A DNA stretch of 64,000 nt from an uncultured Candidatus Sumerlaeota bacterium (lineage in GTDB: Bacteria; Sumerlaeota; Sumerlaeia; MWCT01; JAUWMI01). The translations under genes were made by a program, and so were the position numbers. Every line of letters begins with the position of its first letter. Positions within the stretch are counted from its first letter, which is position 1. The notes beneath the pieces were generated by a model, which was not told the DNA's origin, did no database searches, and saw nothing but the letters and a program-made list of their open reading frames with translations. Below, in pieces: positions 49,833 through 58,505 of the stretch. The stretch lies in assembly GCA_964454265.1 (NCBI GenBank), contig CAYVXD010000004.1:2409-66408 (forward strand), in the 5' to 3' direction.

Positions 49833-50573
49833 TTACTGGTTTTTCAATCGGGAGGCGTGGTCCTTCTGAGATACGAGCTGCTGGGCATGCACAAGGGATT
49901 CGAACGTGCCCGCGTCAGTCCACCATCCATCCAGAATGTCATACGTGAGCATGTTCTTCGCAATATACGCATTGTTAACATCGGTAATTTCCAGTTCATT
50001 GCGTTGCGAGGGAACAAGTGTGTGGATGATTTCCCAGATCTGTCGGTCGTACATGTAAATTCCCGTAACCGAGTAAGGACTCTTCGGCTGCTTGGGTTTT
50101 TCCTCAATAGCCACAATTTTATCCCCCTGAATGACCGGTACACCAAACCGCTGTGGGTCAGGGACTTCCTTAATGATAATTTTGGCCCCCTCTTCTTGAC
50201 GCTTATAGCGCTCAACGTACGACTTGATACTTTTTTCAAAGATATTGTCTCCCAGAATCACGATACACCGATCTTCTTCAACAAAATGCTCGGCCAAACT
50301 CAGAGCATCTGCAATGCCTCCCTCCCCTTCCTGGTACGTATAGTGCAGGTCTTTCAGGCCGAACTCACGGCCATTGCCCAGGAGCTGGAGAAAGTCGCCA
50401 GCAAAGTTTCCCCCTGTGACAATCATGATATCTTCGATACCCGCATCAATAAGAGCTTCAATTGGATAGTAAATCATCGGCTTATTGTAAACCGGCAGCA
50501 GGTGCTTGTTGGTGATTTTGGTTAAAGGATAGAGCCGCTTGCCCAATCCCCCTGCCAGAATAACACCCTTCAT
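49833..50573 (-). CDS. sugar-phosphate nucleotidyltransferase (RmlA-like short form; glucose-1-phosphate thymidylyltransferase-like)
   Basis: MKGVILAGGLGKRLYPLT N-terminus. The start is taken at MKGV; the ORF track extends 7 codons upstream. Confidence 0.7.
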   Translation of the reverse strand: MKGVILAGGLGKRLYPLTKITNKHLLPVYNKPMIYYPIEALIDAGIEDIMIVTGGNFAGDFLQLLGNGREFGLKDLHYTYQEGEGGIADALSLAEHFVEEDRCIVILGDNIFEKSIKSYVERYKRQEEGAKIIIKEVPDPQRFGVPVIQGDKIVAIEEKPKQPKSPYSVTGIYMYDRQIWEIIHTLVPSQRNELEITDVNNAYIAKNMLTYDILDGWWTDAGTFESLVHAQQLVSQKDHASRLKNQ

Positions 50574-50593
50574 TGTGCCTCTCCTTTCATCCA

Positions 50594-51052
50594 TCAGCCT
50601 TCTTTGATAGCCCAGTCGTAAGGGATCTCTTTTGAATGTGGATCAATGCGATGTTCGTCGGGCGCTTTGTAGTTATACAGCGTGGTTGGAATGTTGACCA
50701 CGATCCCCTCAGTCTCACCGATACACTTGAAACCATGAAGAACTAACGGAGGAATCTGCAAAAACACGGGATTATGAATGCCCATAAAGAACTCGTTAAC
50801 TTCACCGTGGGTTGGCGAATCAGGGCGGTTGTCGTAGAGCACAACTTTCATCATGCCGTGGACAACGGCAAAGTTGTCGGTCTGGCGCTTGTGGTAGTGC
50901 CATGCCTTCACGACACCAGGGTAGGCTGTAGTCATATAGACCTGCCCGAACTGGATGAAGAATTCCTGATCATCGCTGCGCAGCAGTTCCATCAGGCGAC
51001 CCCGCTCATCTGGGATCACTTTAAGGGTCTTTACCTTGACTCCCTCAATCAT
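50594..51052 (-). CDS. dTDP-4-dehydrorhamnose 3,5-epimerase-like cupin (RmlC family)
   Basis: Cupin core FIQFGQVYMT...KAWHYH. Start MIEGVK at 51052 with a GGAGGAG RBS. The ORF track extends to 51169. Confidence 0.65.
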   Translation of the reverse strand: MIEGVKVKTLKVIPDERGRLMELLRSDDQEFFIQFGQVYMTTAYPGVVKAWHYHKRQTDNFAVVHGMMKVVLYDNRPDSPTHGEVNEFFMGIHNPVFLQIPPLVLHGFKCIGETEGIVVNIPTTLYNYKAPDEHRIDPHSKEIPYDWAIKEG

Positions 51053-51165
51053 TTGTCTCCTCCTCGTTACAGTAATTTGAGTGTTGCGACTTGAATTGCT
51101 TTTAACGAGTAATGATGTGACGATCCAGCCTGACGTGAGGATATTATTGTCCTTTGCATAGCTAT

Positions 51166-52527
51166 TCAACCCAGCAAAGGGAAATCTGCAATGACTTTTT
51201 CCCGTTCTCCACTAAGCAGATGATCAACCAGTTCAACGCCCTGCATGACCGAGTGATCCATGTTACCAATTTCGTATAGCCAGAGGCCGAAGCGACCCCT
51301 GGTGTAAATCTGCTCGCGTGCCAGGAATTGCACAATAGATGCAAGAATCTGATTTCGCTCAAGCGTAGGCACAGGATAGGCATATTCGGCATCAATGAGA
51401 AAGGTCGAAACAATGTGAGAGCGGTCGGCCTCGCTCAAGAGGCCCGTGGCGATCAATCCGCGAATCGTTTCCTCGATGATCGAGGAGCGATTGACAGACT
51501 TGGATGCTGAATACGAGGTTTCACACATCAGAGAATAGTGATCCGGGCCGGGGACGTTTTCTGGTGAGTAATTGGAGAAGTATGTGACCCGATAGAATGG
51601 CGACTCCTCGCCCGGAAAGTATATCCAGCATTTGGGACTGGGACATGGTTGTGCAAGGCCGATGCCAACAATGAGAGTTCCGGTAGCGCGCAACTGCTCA
51701 GCCTGCTGAATGAGCTGCGGGTTGGCCGGATGGATGTGTGCAACTAACTCTGTCAAAGGCGTTGTGTTGATCAGAATGTCATAGTGCTCGGAGCTTCCAT
51801 CAGCATACATTGCACGTCGCTGTGCAGGTTCTACCCGTGTGAGTTTGCGATTCAGGGCCAGATGATCCCGCACAGCTGGTAGGAATGCCTGATATATTGC
51901 TCCAGTTCCGCCCGCGCGTGGGAACTTGAATGTTCTGTTTGGCCCCCAATCAATGTCGTCCAGTTGCAGAATTACATTGCGCAAGACGCGCTGGAAATCA
52001 ATAACGCTGACACGGTGGGCGATCCACTCGTGGCTCATCAGCTCCAATGGTGTTGCCCAGTTTTTTTCATTGTAAGGAAGCATGAAATGCGAAGCGATAC
52101 CATGGCCAAAGGTGCGCAGAATCCACTCGCGAAAGTTTCCCGGGGCGCCGGCATGCCTTTGATTTGTCTCCCATAGCCCATTGAGACATTCCCACAGCGC
52201 CTCTTTTGTCAAGTAGCGGAGGTTATTCTGAAATGGGTACGGCACAAAGCGATCTAGCAACCAGATCCATGAGTTTCGCACATGTTCGAGATACTGGTTG
52301 GCTAGCAGGCGATCAACCAGTCGGGTAAAGTAGTCATAGCCTGAAAAGAGAATATGGCCGCCAATGTCCCAGGTGAAGCCGCTTACATCACGAAAGCTGG
52401 CAGCCAGGCCGCCAACGTAATCATGCTGTTCCACAATTTGCCAGTTGCGATAGCCGAGCTCGGCCAGGCGATATGCAGCCCCCAGGCCTGTTGGACCAGC
52501 GCCAATGATCAGGATTTTTTTGTCCAT
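51166..52527 (-). CDS. FAD-dependent oxidoreductase, paralog of 3985..5403 (UDP-galactopyranose-mutase / amine-oxidase-like)
   Basis: ILIIGAGPTGLGAAYRL...VGGLAAS dinucleotide-binding N-terminus. C-terminal block YAYPVP...GRFGLWLYEIGNMDHS shared with the 3985..5403 paralog. The likely start is MDKK; the ORF track extends to 52602. Confidence 0.6.
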   Translation of the reverse strand: MDKKILIIGAGPTGLGAAYRLAELGYRNWQIVEQHDYVGGLAASFRDVSGFTWDIGGHILFSGYDYFTRLVDRLLANQYLEHVRNSWIWLLDRFVPYPFQNNLRYLTKEALWECLNGLWETNQRHAGAPGNFREWILRTFGHGIASHFMLPYNEKNWATPLELMSHEWIAHRVSVIDFQRVLRNVILQLDDIDWGPNRTFKFPRAGGTGAIYQAFLPAVRDHLALNRKLTRVEPAQRRAMYADGSSEHYDILINTTPLTELVAHIHPANPQLIQQAEQLRATGTLIVGIGLAQPCPSPKCWIYFPGEESPFYRVTYFSNYSPENVPGPDHYSLMCETSYSASKSVNRSSIIEETIRGLIATGLLSEADRSHIVSTFLIDAEYAYPVPTLERNQILASIVQFLAREQIYTRGRFGLWLYEIGNMDHSVMQGVELVDHLLSGEREKVIADFPLLG

Positions 52528-52770
52528 CGTGACTGTGTCTACTTTTGCGGGCATCGAGTTCAGGAGCAGATGCCGAATGCAATGGCGAAGGGAATATTTC
52601 AAAAATCTCTTGCAAAATCAAGATAAAAAGCCACACTGCAGACGACATTACATACATCCCCAGATCTAAGAAGAACAAAAGAAAAAGATATTGACACGAC
52701 CTGTGTTCTCTATATTGAATAGCTAACACAGAGCGTCAGGTTGTGGTGATACTATTAGCGCGAGATTCAC

Positions 52771-54177
52771 ATGGTGACATATGCAGAGCTAAAGCGAGCA
52801 TCAAGGGGTTTTCTCATTCCTCTTGGTCTCGCGGGAATCATTCACTGTTTTTATTTGGGTGGACTCCTGTTTGGCTACCTGAATCACTTGGCGTACGACA
52901 CGCGCTACTTTTCGAATCCTGAAGCCCACTACTGGGCTCTTGGGCCGGATTTCTTTGTTCTCTACGAAGCGGGATGGGACTTTTTGCATGGACGGAATAT
53001 GTATTTACGCGACGATGTGGACATGAGCCCTGAGGAGGCATTGGAGCGCGGGCTTCAACATGCTCCCTACTATGCAACATACCGCTATATTCCTTTCTAT
53101 GGATTCACTTTAGGAGTGGTATTAAGTGTTTTCCCACCGTTCGTGGCATATTGGCTGTGGATTATAGTGAATGAAATCCTGCTGGGGATTAATATTCACA
53201 TGACGCGCAGGTTGTGCCGTCGGCCCGAGCCCTTTGCACTCTGCATCGTCTTCTGGATCAGCCCGTTTCCCTTGTTTGTGGAGTATTTCATGGGTCAATA
53301 TTCGCTTCTAATGGGTACATTGATCTTCTGGACTGCGGTTTTTCTGATTCGTGGGCGCAAGGTGGGAGCGAGCGTTTGCTGGATACTCTCCGTGCTGCTG
53401 AAATCATATACACTACTGATGGCGCCGCTCTTTTACCGACTGAAGCGGCGTGTGGATATACTGATCTGTGTTGGGCTTGTAGCGGCGACCAGTATCCCGT
53501 ATTTCCTAGTATTTCCCGAAGGTTTTGAGAAGTTCTATGAATATGGTTTGAAGGAGCGAGTAGGCGCAGGTACTGCGCAATTGTACATGGGGAGCCAGGG
53601 AGTCCAGATGGGGCTTCAGGCGCTGGCGAATCTGCTGCGTTTGCAGAGCGTTCAGTTTCCTCTGTTCTCCGTACAACTGTCGGTGGCCAAGCTGCTCATT
53701 GTCCTTTTTTCGCTATCTATTCTGGCGTTCTTGGTGATCATTACTTTTCGGCGGGACTACGATGTGCTCTCGCTTTATTGCCTTTGGGCCTTAACCTTTT
53801 TTCTTCTGTATCGTGATCTCTGGGAGCATCATTACGTCATGCTCATTCCTGTGCTGGTACTTATGACTTCCACGGAGCGATTGCCACTGTGGATGGTAGT
53901 AACTGTGTTTGTACTCATTGGTACGCCGACGCTGTATCGGCTATTCAGCTCTCAGAGTGTAGTGCGGCTACTGCATCAGGTTAATGCATATGATTTGGTG
54001 CACACGCTTTATTTCTTGATCAAACCTGCTGGTGTTGGAATTCTGTTCGTGGGTATTGTTCAGCATGCCAGGACGAAGCCGTTTTTGATCTCTTCTGCGG
54101 ACAGCCAGCTGATGCCGAAGAAGCCTGAGGACACAATGAGGACGACGACACTTACTGCCAATCACATGCATAAGTAA
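52771..54177 (+). CDS. polytopic membrane protein, DUF2029 / GT-C-like putative glycosyltransferase
   Basis: 468 aa, about 11 TM helices, and a conserved early acidic-loop organisation typical of GT-C (GT87-like) enzymes. Family assignment is tentative. Confidence 0.5.
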   Translation: MVTYAELKRASRGFLIPLGLAGIIHCFYLGGLLFGYLNHLAYDTRYFSNPEAHYWALGPDFFVLYEAGWDFLHGRNMYLRDDVDMSPEEALERGLQHAPYYATYRYIPFYGFTLGVVLSVFPPFVAYWLWIIVNEILLGINIHMTRRLCRRPEPFALCIVFWISPFPLFVEYFMGQYSLLMGTLIFWTAVFLIRGRKVGASVCWILSVLLKSYTLLMAPLFYRLKRRVDILICVGLVAATSIPYFLVFPEGFEKFYEYGLKERVGAGTAQLYMGSQGVQMGLQALANLLRLQSVQFPLFSVQLSVAKLLIVLFSLSILAFLVIITFRRDYDVLSLYCLWALTFFLLYRDLWEHHYVMLIPVLVLMTSTERLPLWMVVTVFVLIGTPTLYRLFSSQSVVRLLHQVNAYDLVHTLYFLIKPAGVGILFVGIVQHARTKPFLISSADSQLMPKKPEDTMRTTTLTANHMHK

Positions 54178-54190
54178 GGAGTTTAGAGCG

Positions 54191-55123
54191 ATGAAATGGT
54201 GGATGCGAATTTTCCGACTGGGCATTGGAGCAATACTTTTTCTGGTGCTGAATGCGTGTTCGCTGGTGATCGGGCCGTCACAGCGGCACGCTGAAGACGA
54301 GGCGAATCGTGAGGCCCAGGCGCCATCACTTGCGTCACAGAGTGAAGAACCGAGAACTGAACGAGCGCGGGCCGAAGCTTTGGTGGCTGAAGTAAATGGC
54401 GAGAGAATTACGCGGACGGATTTTGAGCGTGCGTTTCAGGTGTTTCTAGACAAGCAAAGTGCAGAGGCAGATGAACAACTTTCGCGAAAGGCATTTCTGC
54501 ATCAGATGATCATTGACACCTTGATTCTGCAATATGCAAAAAAGCAAGGTGTGGAACGTGACCCTGACTATCAAAAGGCACTAAAGGAGAGCCAGCGCAC
54601 GTTTCTCCTAGCCAACATCAAGCAACTACGCCATTTCGACTCCAACCAGGTCTGCAAAGCAGAAAATGAACACTACTATGAAACCCATGCGGAGGGCTAC
54701 TTCCAACCCGAGAAAATTCAGGTCCGCCATATTTTGACCAATACGTACGAGGAAGCCGCCGCTGCACTTCAGCGTATCAAGAACAGCGAGGATTTTCGTG
54801 AGGTTGCGCGCAAGATTTCAATTCATGCTTCGCGGACTCAAGGCGGAGAGCTTCCGCCCTTTTCTCGCGGGACGTACAATAAGCCATTCGAAGATGCGGC
54901 GTTCGCTCTGCATGTTGGTGAATTAAGCGGAATTATCAAAACCGAATTGGGATACCATATTATTGAGAAAACCGGGGAGGCGCCAAGGCAACTCCGACCG
55001 CTTAGCGAAGTGCGGAGCCAAATCTCGTCCCATCTTTTTGAACAGAAAAAGCAGCAGATGCTTCAGGAATTCTTGGAGACCTTACGAAGCCAGGCACGAA
55101 TTCGTATCATGTACACGCCATAG
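54191..55123 (+). CDS. parvulin-type peptidyl-prolyl isomerase lipoprotein (SurA/PrsA-like)
   Basis: Signal peptide plus lipobox (LVLNAC). PpiC domain (QVRHILT...GGELPPFSRG...GYHIIEK). Confidence 0.7.
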   Translation: MKWWMRIFRLGIGAILFLVLNACSLVIGPSQRHAEDEANREAQAPSLASQSEEPRTERARAEALVAEVNGERITRTDFERAFQVFLDKQSAEADEQLSRKAFLHQMIIDTLILQYAKKQGVERDPDYQKALKESQRTFLLANIKQLRHFDSNQVCKAENEHYYETHAEGYFQPEKIQVRHILTNTYEEAAAALQRIKNSEDFREVARKISIHASRTQGGELPPFSRGTYNKPFEDAAFALHVGELSGIIKTELGYHIIEKTGEAPRQLRPLSEVRSQISSHLFEQKKQQMLQEFLETLRSQARIRIMYTP

Positions 55124-55170
55124 GATCGGCACCTGAATTGAATTTTCTCCTACGAAAGGAGTCGGATGGG

Positions 55171-56118
55171 ATGCTGTGTGAGCGGGTGCTAGGAGTGAGC
55201 GGGGCAGTAGTTTGTCTGATGCTTGCAGCTGTGGGACTGGTATGGGCTGGCGAGGTCGAACATATCGTTGCAATGGCAAATGGACAGGCGATCACTTCGA
55301 GCGAACTGGATCAGGAGATTGTATATAGGCAAATCTGCGATCCAATTCTTGCCTTTCCTCCCACTCGTCAGGAAAAGAAATTGATCCTGGAGCGGTTAAT
55401 TGACCGGATGCTTTTATTGCAGGAAGCTGAGGCGCAGAAGATCAGCGCTGAACAGGAGGCCATTAAGAAAACAGTGGGTAACTTTCTTCGTGACATTCAG
55501 CGCGAATATCCCTCGCGTGAGGCGTTTGAACAGGAGTTGGAATCTCTTGGCATTGAGATCGGACAGTTACGAGAGGCGTTACGGACTCTAGAGACCGAAC
55601 GGGCTCAGATAGACCAGCTCGTCGCGCGACAAGTGGTTGTCACAGAGCAGGAGGTCGAGGCTTACAAGTCTGAATTGCGCCAGGCCAGGCAACCGACTGT
55701 CAGTTATCATCTGGCTCACATCCTGCTACGGTGTCCCCCAACTGCCTCTAAGGAGGAAATCGAAGCCACTGAGCAGCGGGCGCTTGAACTTCTTATCGAG
55801 CTGCAGCAGGGAGCACCATTTGAAACGGTCGCCCAGCAAGTGTCTGAAGATGCTTCAACCAAGGCTCTTGGTGGAGACATGGGTTACGTGGATGCCGGCG
55901 CGTTTGATCCTGTTCTGGAAAAGGCAGTCGCAGGGCTGGAGGTTGGGGCGCTGAGCTCGCCGGTGCGCAACGCAGCCGGGTTTCATATTCTCAAACTGCT
56001 GGACAAACGAACTGCCCGGGATTTTCTTTATTCACGGCGCTTTGTGGAAGCTCAGGACATGCTGATCAAGAGATTGCGGGCGAAAGCTGATATTCAGATT
56101 TTTGAGCAATTTCTCTGA
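55171..56118 (+). CDS. surA: SurA-like periplasmic chaperone / parvulin PPIase
   Basis: Signal peptide MLCERVLGVSGAVVCLMLAAVGLVWA. SurA N-terminal chaperone region plus PpiC domain (YHLAHILL...GGDMGYV...GFHILK). Position upstream of pdxA-ksgA as in the E. coli surA operon. Confidence 0.7.
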   Translation: MLCERVLGVSGAVVCLMLAAVGLVWAGEVEHIVAMANGQAITSSELDQEIVYRQICDPILAFPPTRQEKKLILERLIDRMLLLQEAEAQKISAEQEAIKKTVGNFLRDIQREYPSREAFEQELESLGIEIGQLREALRTLETERAQIDQLVARQVVVTEQEVEAYKSELRQARQPTVSYHLAHILLRCPPTASKEEIEATEQRALELLIELQQGAPFETVAQQVSEDASTKALGGDMGYVDAGAFDPVLEKAVAGLEVGALSSPVRNAAGFHILKLLDKRTARDFLYSRRFVEAQDMLIKRLRAKADIQIFEQFL

Positions 56119-57220
56119 AGGCAAACAGTCTGGAGCACCGGCAGGGGGAATAATGCAGAGAACGAGTTTTAATGCGAAAGAAGAAACACAGCGTACCCCA
56201 CGCCGTATTCGCCTTGGCGTTACGATGGGTGATCCGGGCGGCATTGGGCCGGAAATTATCCTCAAGGCGTTTCAGGCATCGGATCTGTATGTGGAATGCG
56301 ATCCAGTGGTTATTGGGTATGAGCGTGTAATGGAGCATTATCGTACCCTGCTTAATGTGCCGATGCGGCTTAATGTGATCGAGACACCTAGTGAGTGTGT
56401 TCGGCAAAGGGAGCTCATGAATATTATCGAGCCCCGGGCTGAGTCACTTGCAGGCGTCGCAGTTGTTCCAGGCGAGACGAATGTGCACTATGGACAGATT
56501 GTCTTTCACTGTATTGAGCATGCGGTTCGCCTGGCCATGCAGCGCAAGATTGATGCAATCTGCACCGCTCCCATCAGTAAGGAGACGCTCCATCAGGCAG
56601 GCTATCTTTATCCCGGGCACACAGAGATCCTGGCCACGCTTAGCCGAGTCAAGCGCTACGCCATGATGATGGAGGGAGGCGGTCTGAGAGTGGTTTTGGC
56701 GACCATCCACATCCCTCTTCGCGAGGTTGCGTTGCGAATCCAACGCGCAAAGATTCTTGCGCTTATTCAGCTAACAGCGAAATTCATGAGGTATTTCGAT
56801 GTTCCGCATCCGCGTATTGGGGTCGCGGCCCTGAATCCCCACGCAGGCGAAAAGGGGTTATTTGGCAAGGAGGATGCTCAGGAAATTCATCCGGCAGTTG
56901 TCAGCGCCCAGAAGAAAGGCATTACGATTTCAGGCCCCCATCCGGCTGATACGCTGTTTTATCAGATGCTGCAAGGAAAGTTCGACGTGCTGATAGCGAT
57001 GTATCACGATCAGGCGCTGATCCCCGTAAAGACGCTGGACTTTTCGCGCGGCGTGAACATTACGATGGGCCTCCCTTTTATTCGAACATCAGTAGATCAT
57101 GGAACCGCATTTGACATTGCAGGCCGAGGTGTGGCTGACCCGACCAGCCTGGTTGAGGCCATGAAAACTGCAATCCGCTTGGCCAGAACCAAGCAGAAGG
57201 TTGACACGTCAAATGGCTAG
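56102..57220 (+). CDS. pdxA: 4-hydroxythreonine-4-phosphate dehydrogenase
   Basis: ITMGDPGGIGPEI N-terminal motif and conserved PdxA core. The start is uncertain; it is probably downstream of the track start. Confidence 0.85.
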   Translation: MSNFSEGKQSGAPAGGIMQRTSFNAKEETQRTPRRIRLGVTMGDPGGIGPEIILKAFQASDLYVECDPVVIGYERVMEHYRTLLNVPMRLNVIETPSECVRQRELMNIIEPRAESLAGVAVVPGETNVHYGQIVFHCIEHAVRLAMQRKIDAICTAPISKETLHQAGYLYPGHTEILATLSRVKRYAMMMEGGGLRVVLATIHIPLREVALRIQRAKILALIQLTAKFMRYFDVPHPRIGVAALNPHAGEKGLFGKEDAQEIHPAVVSAQKKGITISGPHPADTLFYQMLQGKFDVLIAMYHDQALIPVKTLDFSRGVNITMGLPFIRTSVDHGTAFDIAGRGVADPTSLVEAMKTAIRLARTKQKVDTSNG

Positions 57221-58106
57221 TGCGCAGGAAGTAAGACTACCGCCATTGCGAACGCTGAGGGCACGCTATGGACTTATTCTGCGCAAAGGATTGGGTCAGT
57301 ACCTTCTGTGCAATGAGCGCATCCTGCGGCGCATCGCACAATGCTGCGAGCTTACGCCCGAGAGCATTGTCATTGAGATCGGTGCTGGGTTTGGCCATCT
57401 TACGTGCCAGCTTGCCCGGCAGGCCTACCGCGTCCTGGCAATTGAATATGATGACCGCTTTCGGCCAATCCACGAACGGTATCTTGCTGCTAATTCGAAC
57501 ATTAAGGTTCTCTACGCTGATTTTCTTCGCCTTGATCTTCAGCAACTGGTGAGAGAGATCGGCTGCAAGAAGCCGGTCGTTGTTGGAAACATTCCGTATC
57601 GCATTACGTCCAGAATAGTGCTGAAGTGTCTGAGTGAACTGCCGACTTTCGCCAAAATGGTCCTTACGATGCAGAAAGAAGTTGCCGAGCGAATTGTCGC
57701 TCTCCCTGGCAAAAAAACATTTGGCAGCCTGACTGTAAAGGTACAGTTTTTTAGCAAGCCGCGCCTGGAGTTTCTAATCGGACGGGAAAATTTCTTGCCT
57801 TCACCGAAAGTAGATTCAGCCACAGTGAGCTTTGTTCCAGTGGAAAGAAGAAAGTTGCCTTGCAACGGAGATTGGAGAGATTTCTTTGAGTTTATTGAGG
57901 TTATCTGCCGACATCGAAGGAAAAGCTTGAAGACTATTCTTCGAATGTCTGGTCTGTGCGGCGTATCAAAAGCCAATATTCAATGTCTACTTGATCAAGT
58001 TCATATCGAGTCTAATTTGCGGCCTGAGTCACTGAGTCTGGAGAACTATATTGCCCTATATGAGGCGATACAGCAACGGCGCCAGGAATCGCTTGAAAGC
58101 CGTTAG
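57201..58106 (+). CDS. rsmA: 16S rRNA (adenine1518/1519-N6)-dimethyltransferase
   Basis: LRKGLGQYLL...IEIGAGFGHLT SAM-binding motif. Follows pdxA. Confidence 0.9.
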   Translation: MTRQMASAQEVRLPPLRTLRARYGLILRKGLGQYLLCNERILRRIAQCCELTPESIVIEIGAGFGHLTCQLARQAYRVLAIEYDDRFRPIHERYLAANSNIKVLYADFLRLDLQQLVREIGCKKPVVVGNIPYRITSRIVLKCLSELPTFAKMVLTMQKEVAERIVALPGKKTFGSLTVKVQFFSKPRLEFLIGRENFLPSPKVDSATVSFVPVERRKLPCNGDWRDFFEFIEVICRHRRKSLKTILRMSGLCGVSKANIQCLLDQVHIESNLRPESLSLENYIALYEAIQQRRQESLESR

Positions 58107-58229
58107 GTTTTGGGGCTGAGCGAGTCTGTTAAGAATAGCCAAGGGTGAGGAATAAAAAATACTTGATTTTTCCTTTTCCAAAGTTATTGTATACAAGTTA
58201 GTTAGATTGCTGCATGGAGGGAGGAACCT

Positions 58230-58505
58230 ATGATAAAGGCGGACATTGTGAAAAGCGTCGGCGAGGCCTTGAACATGAAAGATAAGGAAGCATTAGCCGT
58301 TGTGGATGCCATTGTTGAAAGTATGAAAGAAGTCATCATCCGTGATAAACGGCTGGAAGTGCGTGATTTTGGCGTTTTTCAAGTTAAGGAGCGTAAGCAG
58401 CGAATTGGCAGGAATCCCAAGAACAAGAAAGAATATCCAATTCCACCAAGGAAAGTTGTTACCTTTAAGTCAGGCAAGGAAGTTAAAAATCTTTCGCGTT
58501 CATAG
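58230..58505 (+). CDS. HU/IHF family DNA-binding protein
   Basis: 91 aa. MIKADIV...GFGVFQVKERKQRIGRNPKNKKEYPIPPRKVVTFKSGK beta-arm signature. Confidence 0.85.
   Translation: MIKADIVKSVGEALNMKDKEALAVVDAIVESMKEVIIRDKRLEVRDFGVFQVKERKQRIGRNPKNKKEYPIPPRKVVTFKSGKEVKNLSRS

Noticed and set aside
49641-50525. 294-aa plus-strand ORF
   Set aside because: It is entirely antisense to the well-supported rmlA-like gene and is a typical shadow ORF. The same holds for 22755..23306 (antisense proA), 31334..32158 (antisense cimA), 38174..38740 (antisense lpxA-like), 37220..37870 (antisense FemAB-like), 36279..36833, 41609..42097, 44630..45076 and 45364..45867.
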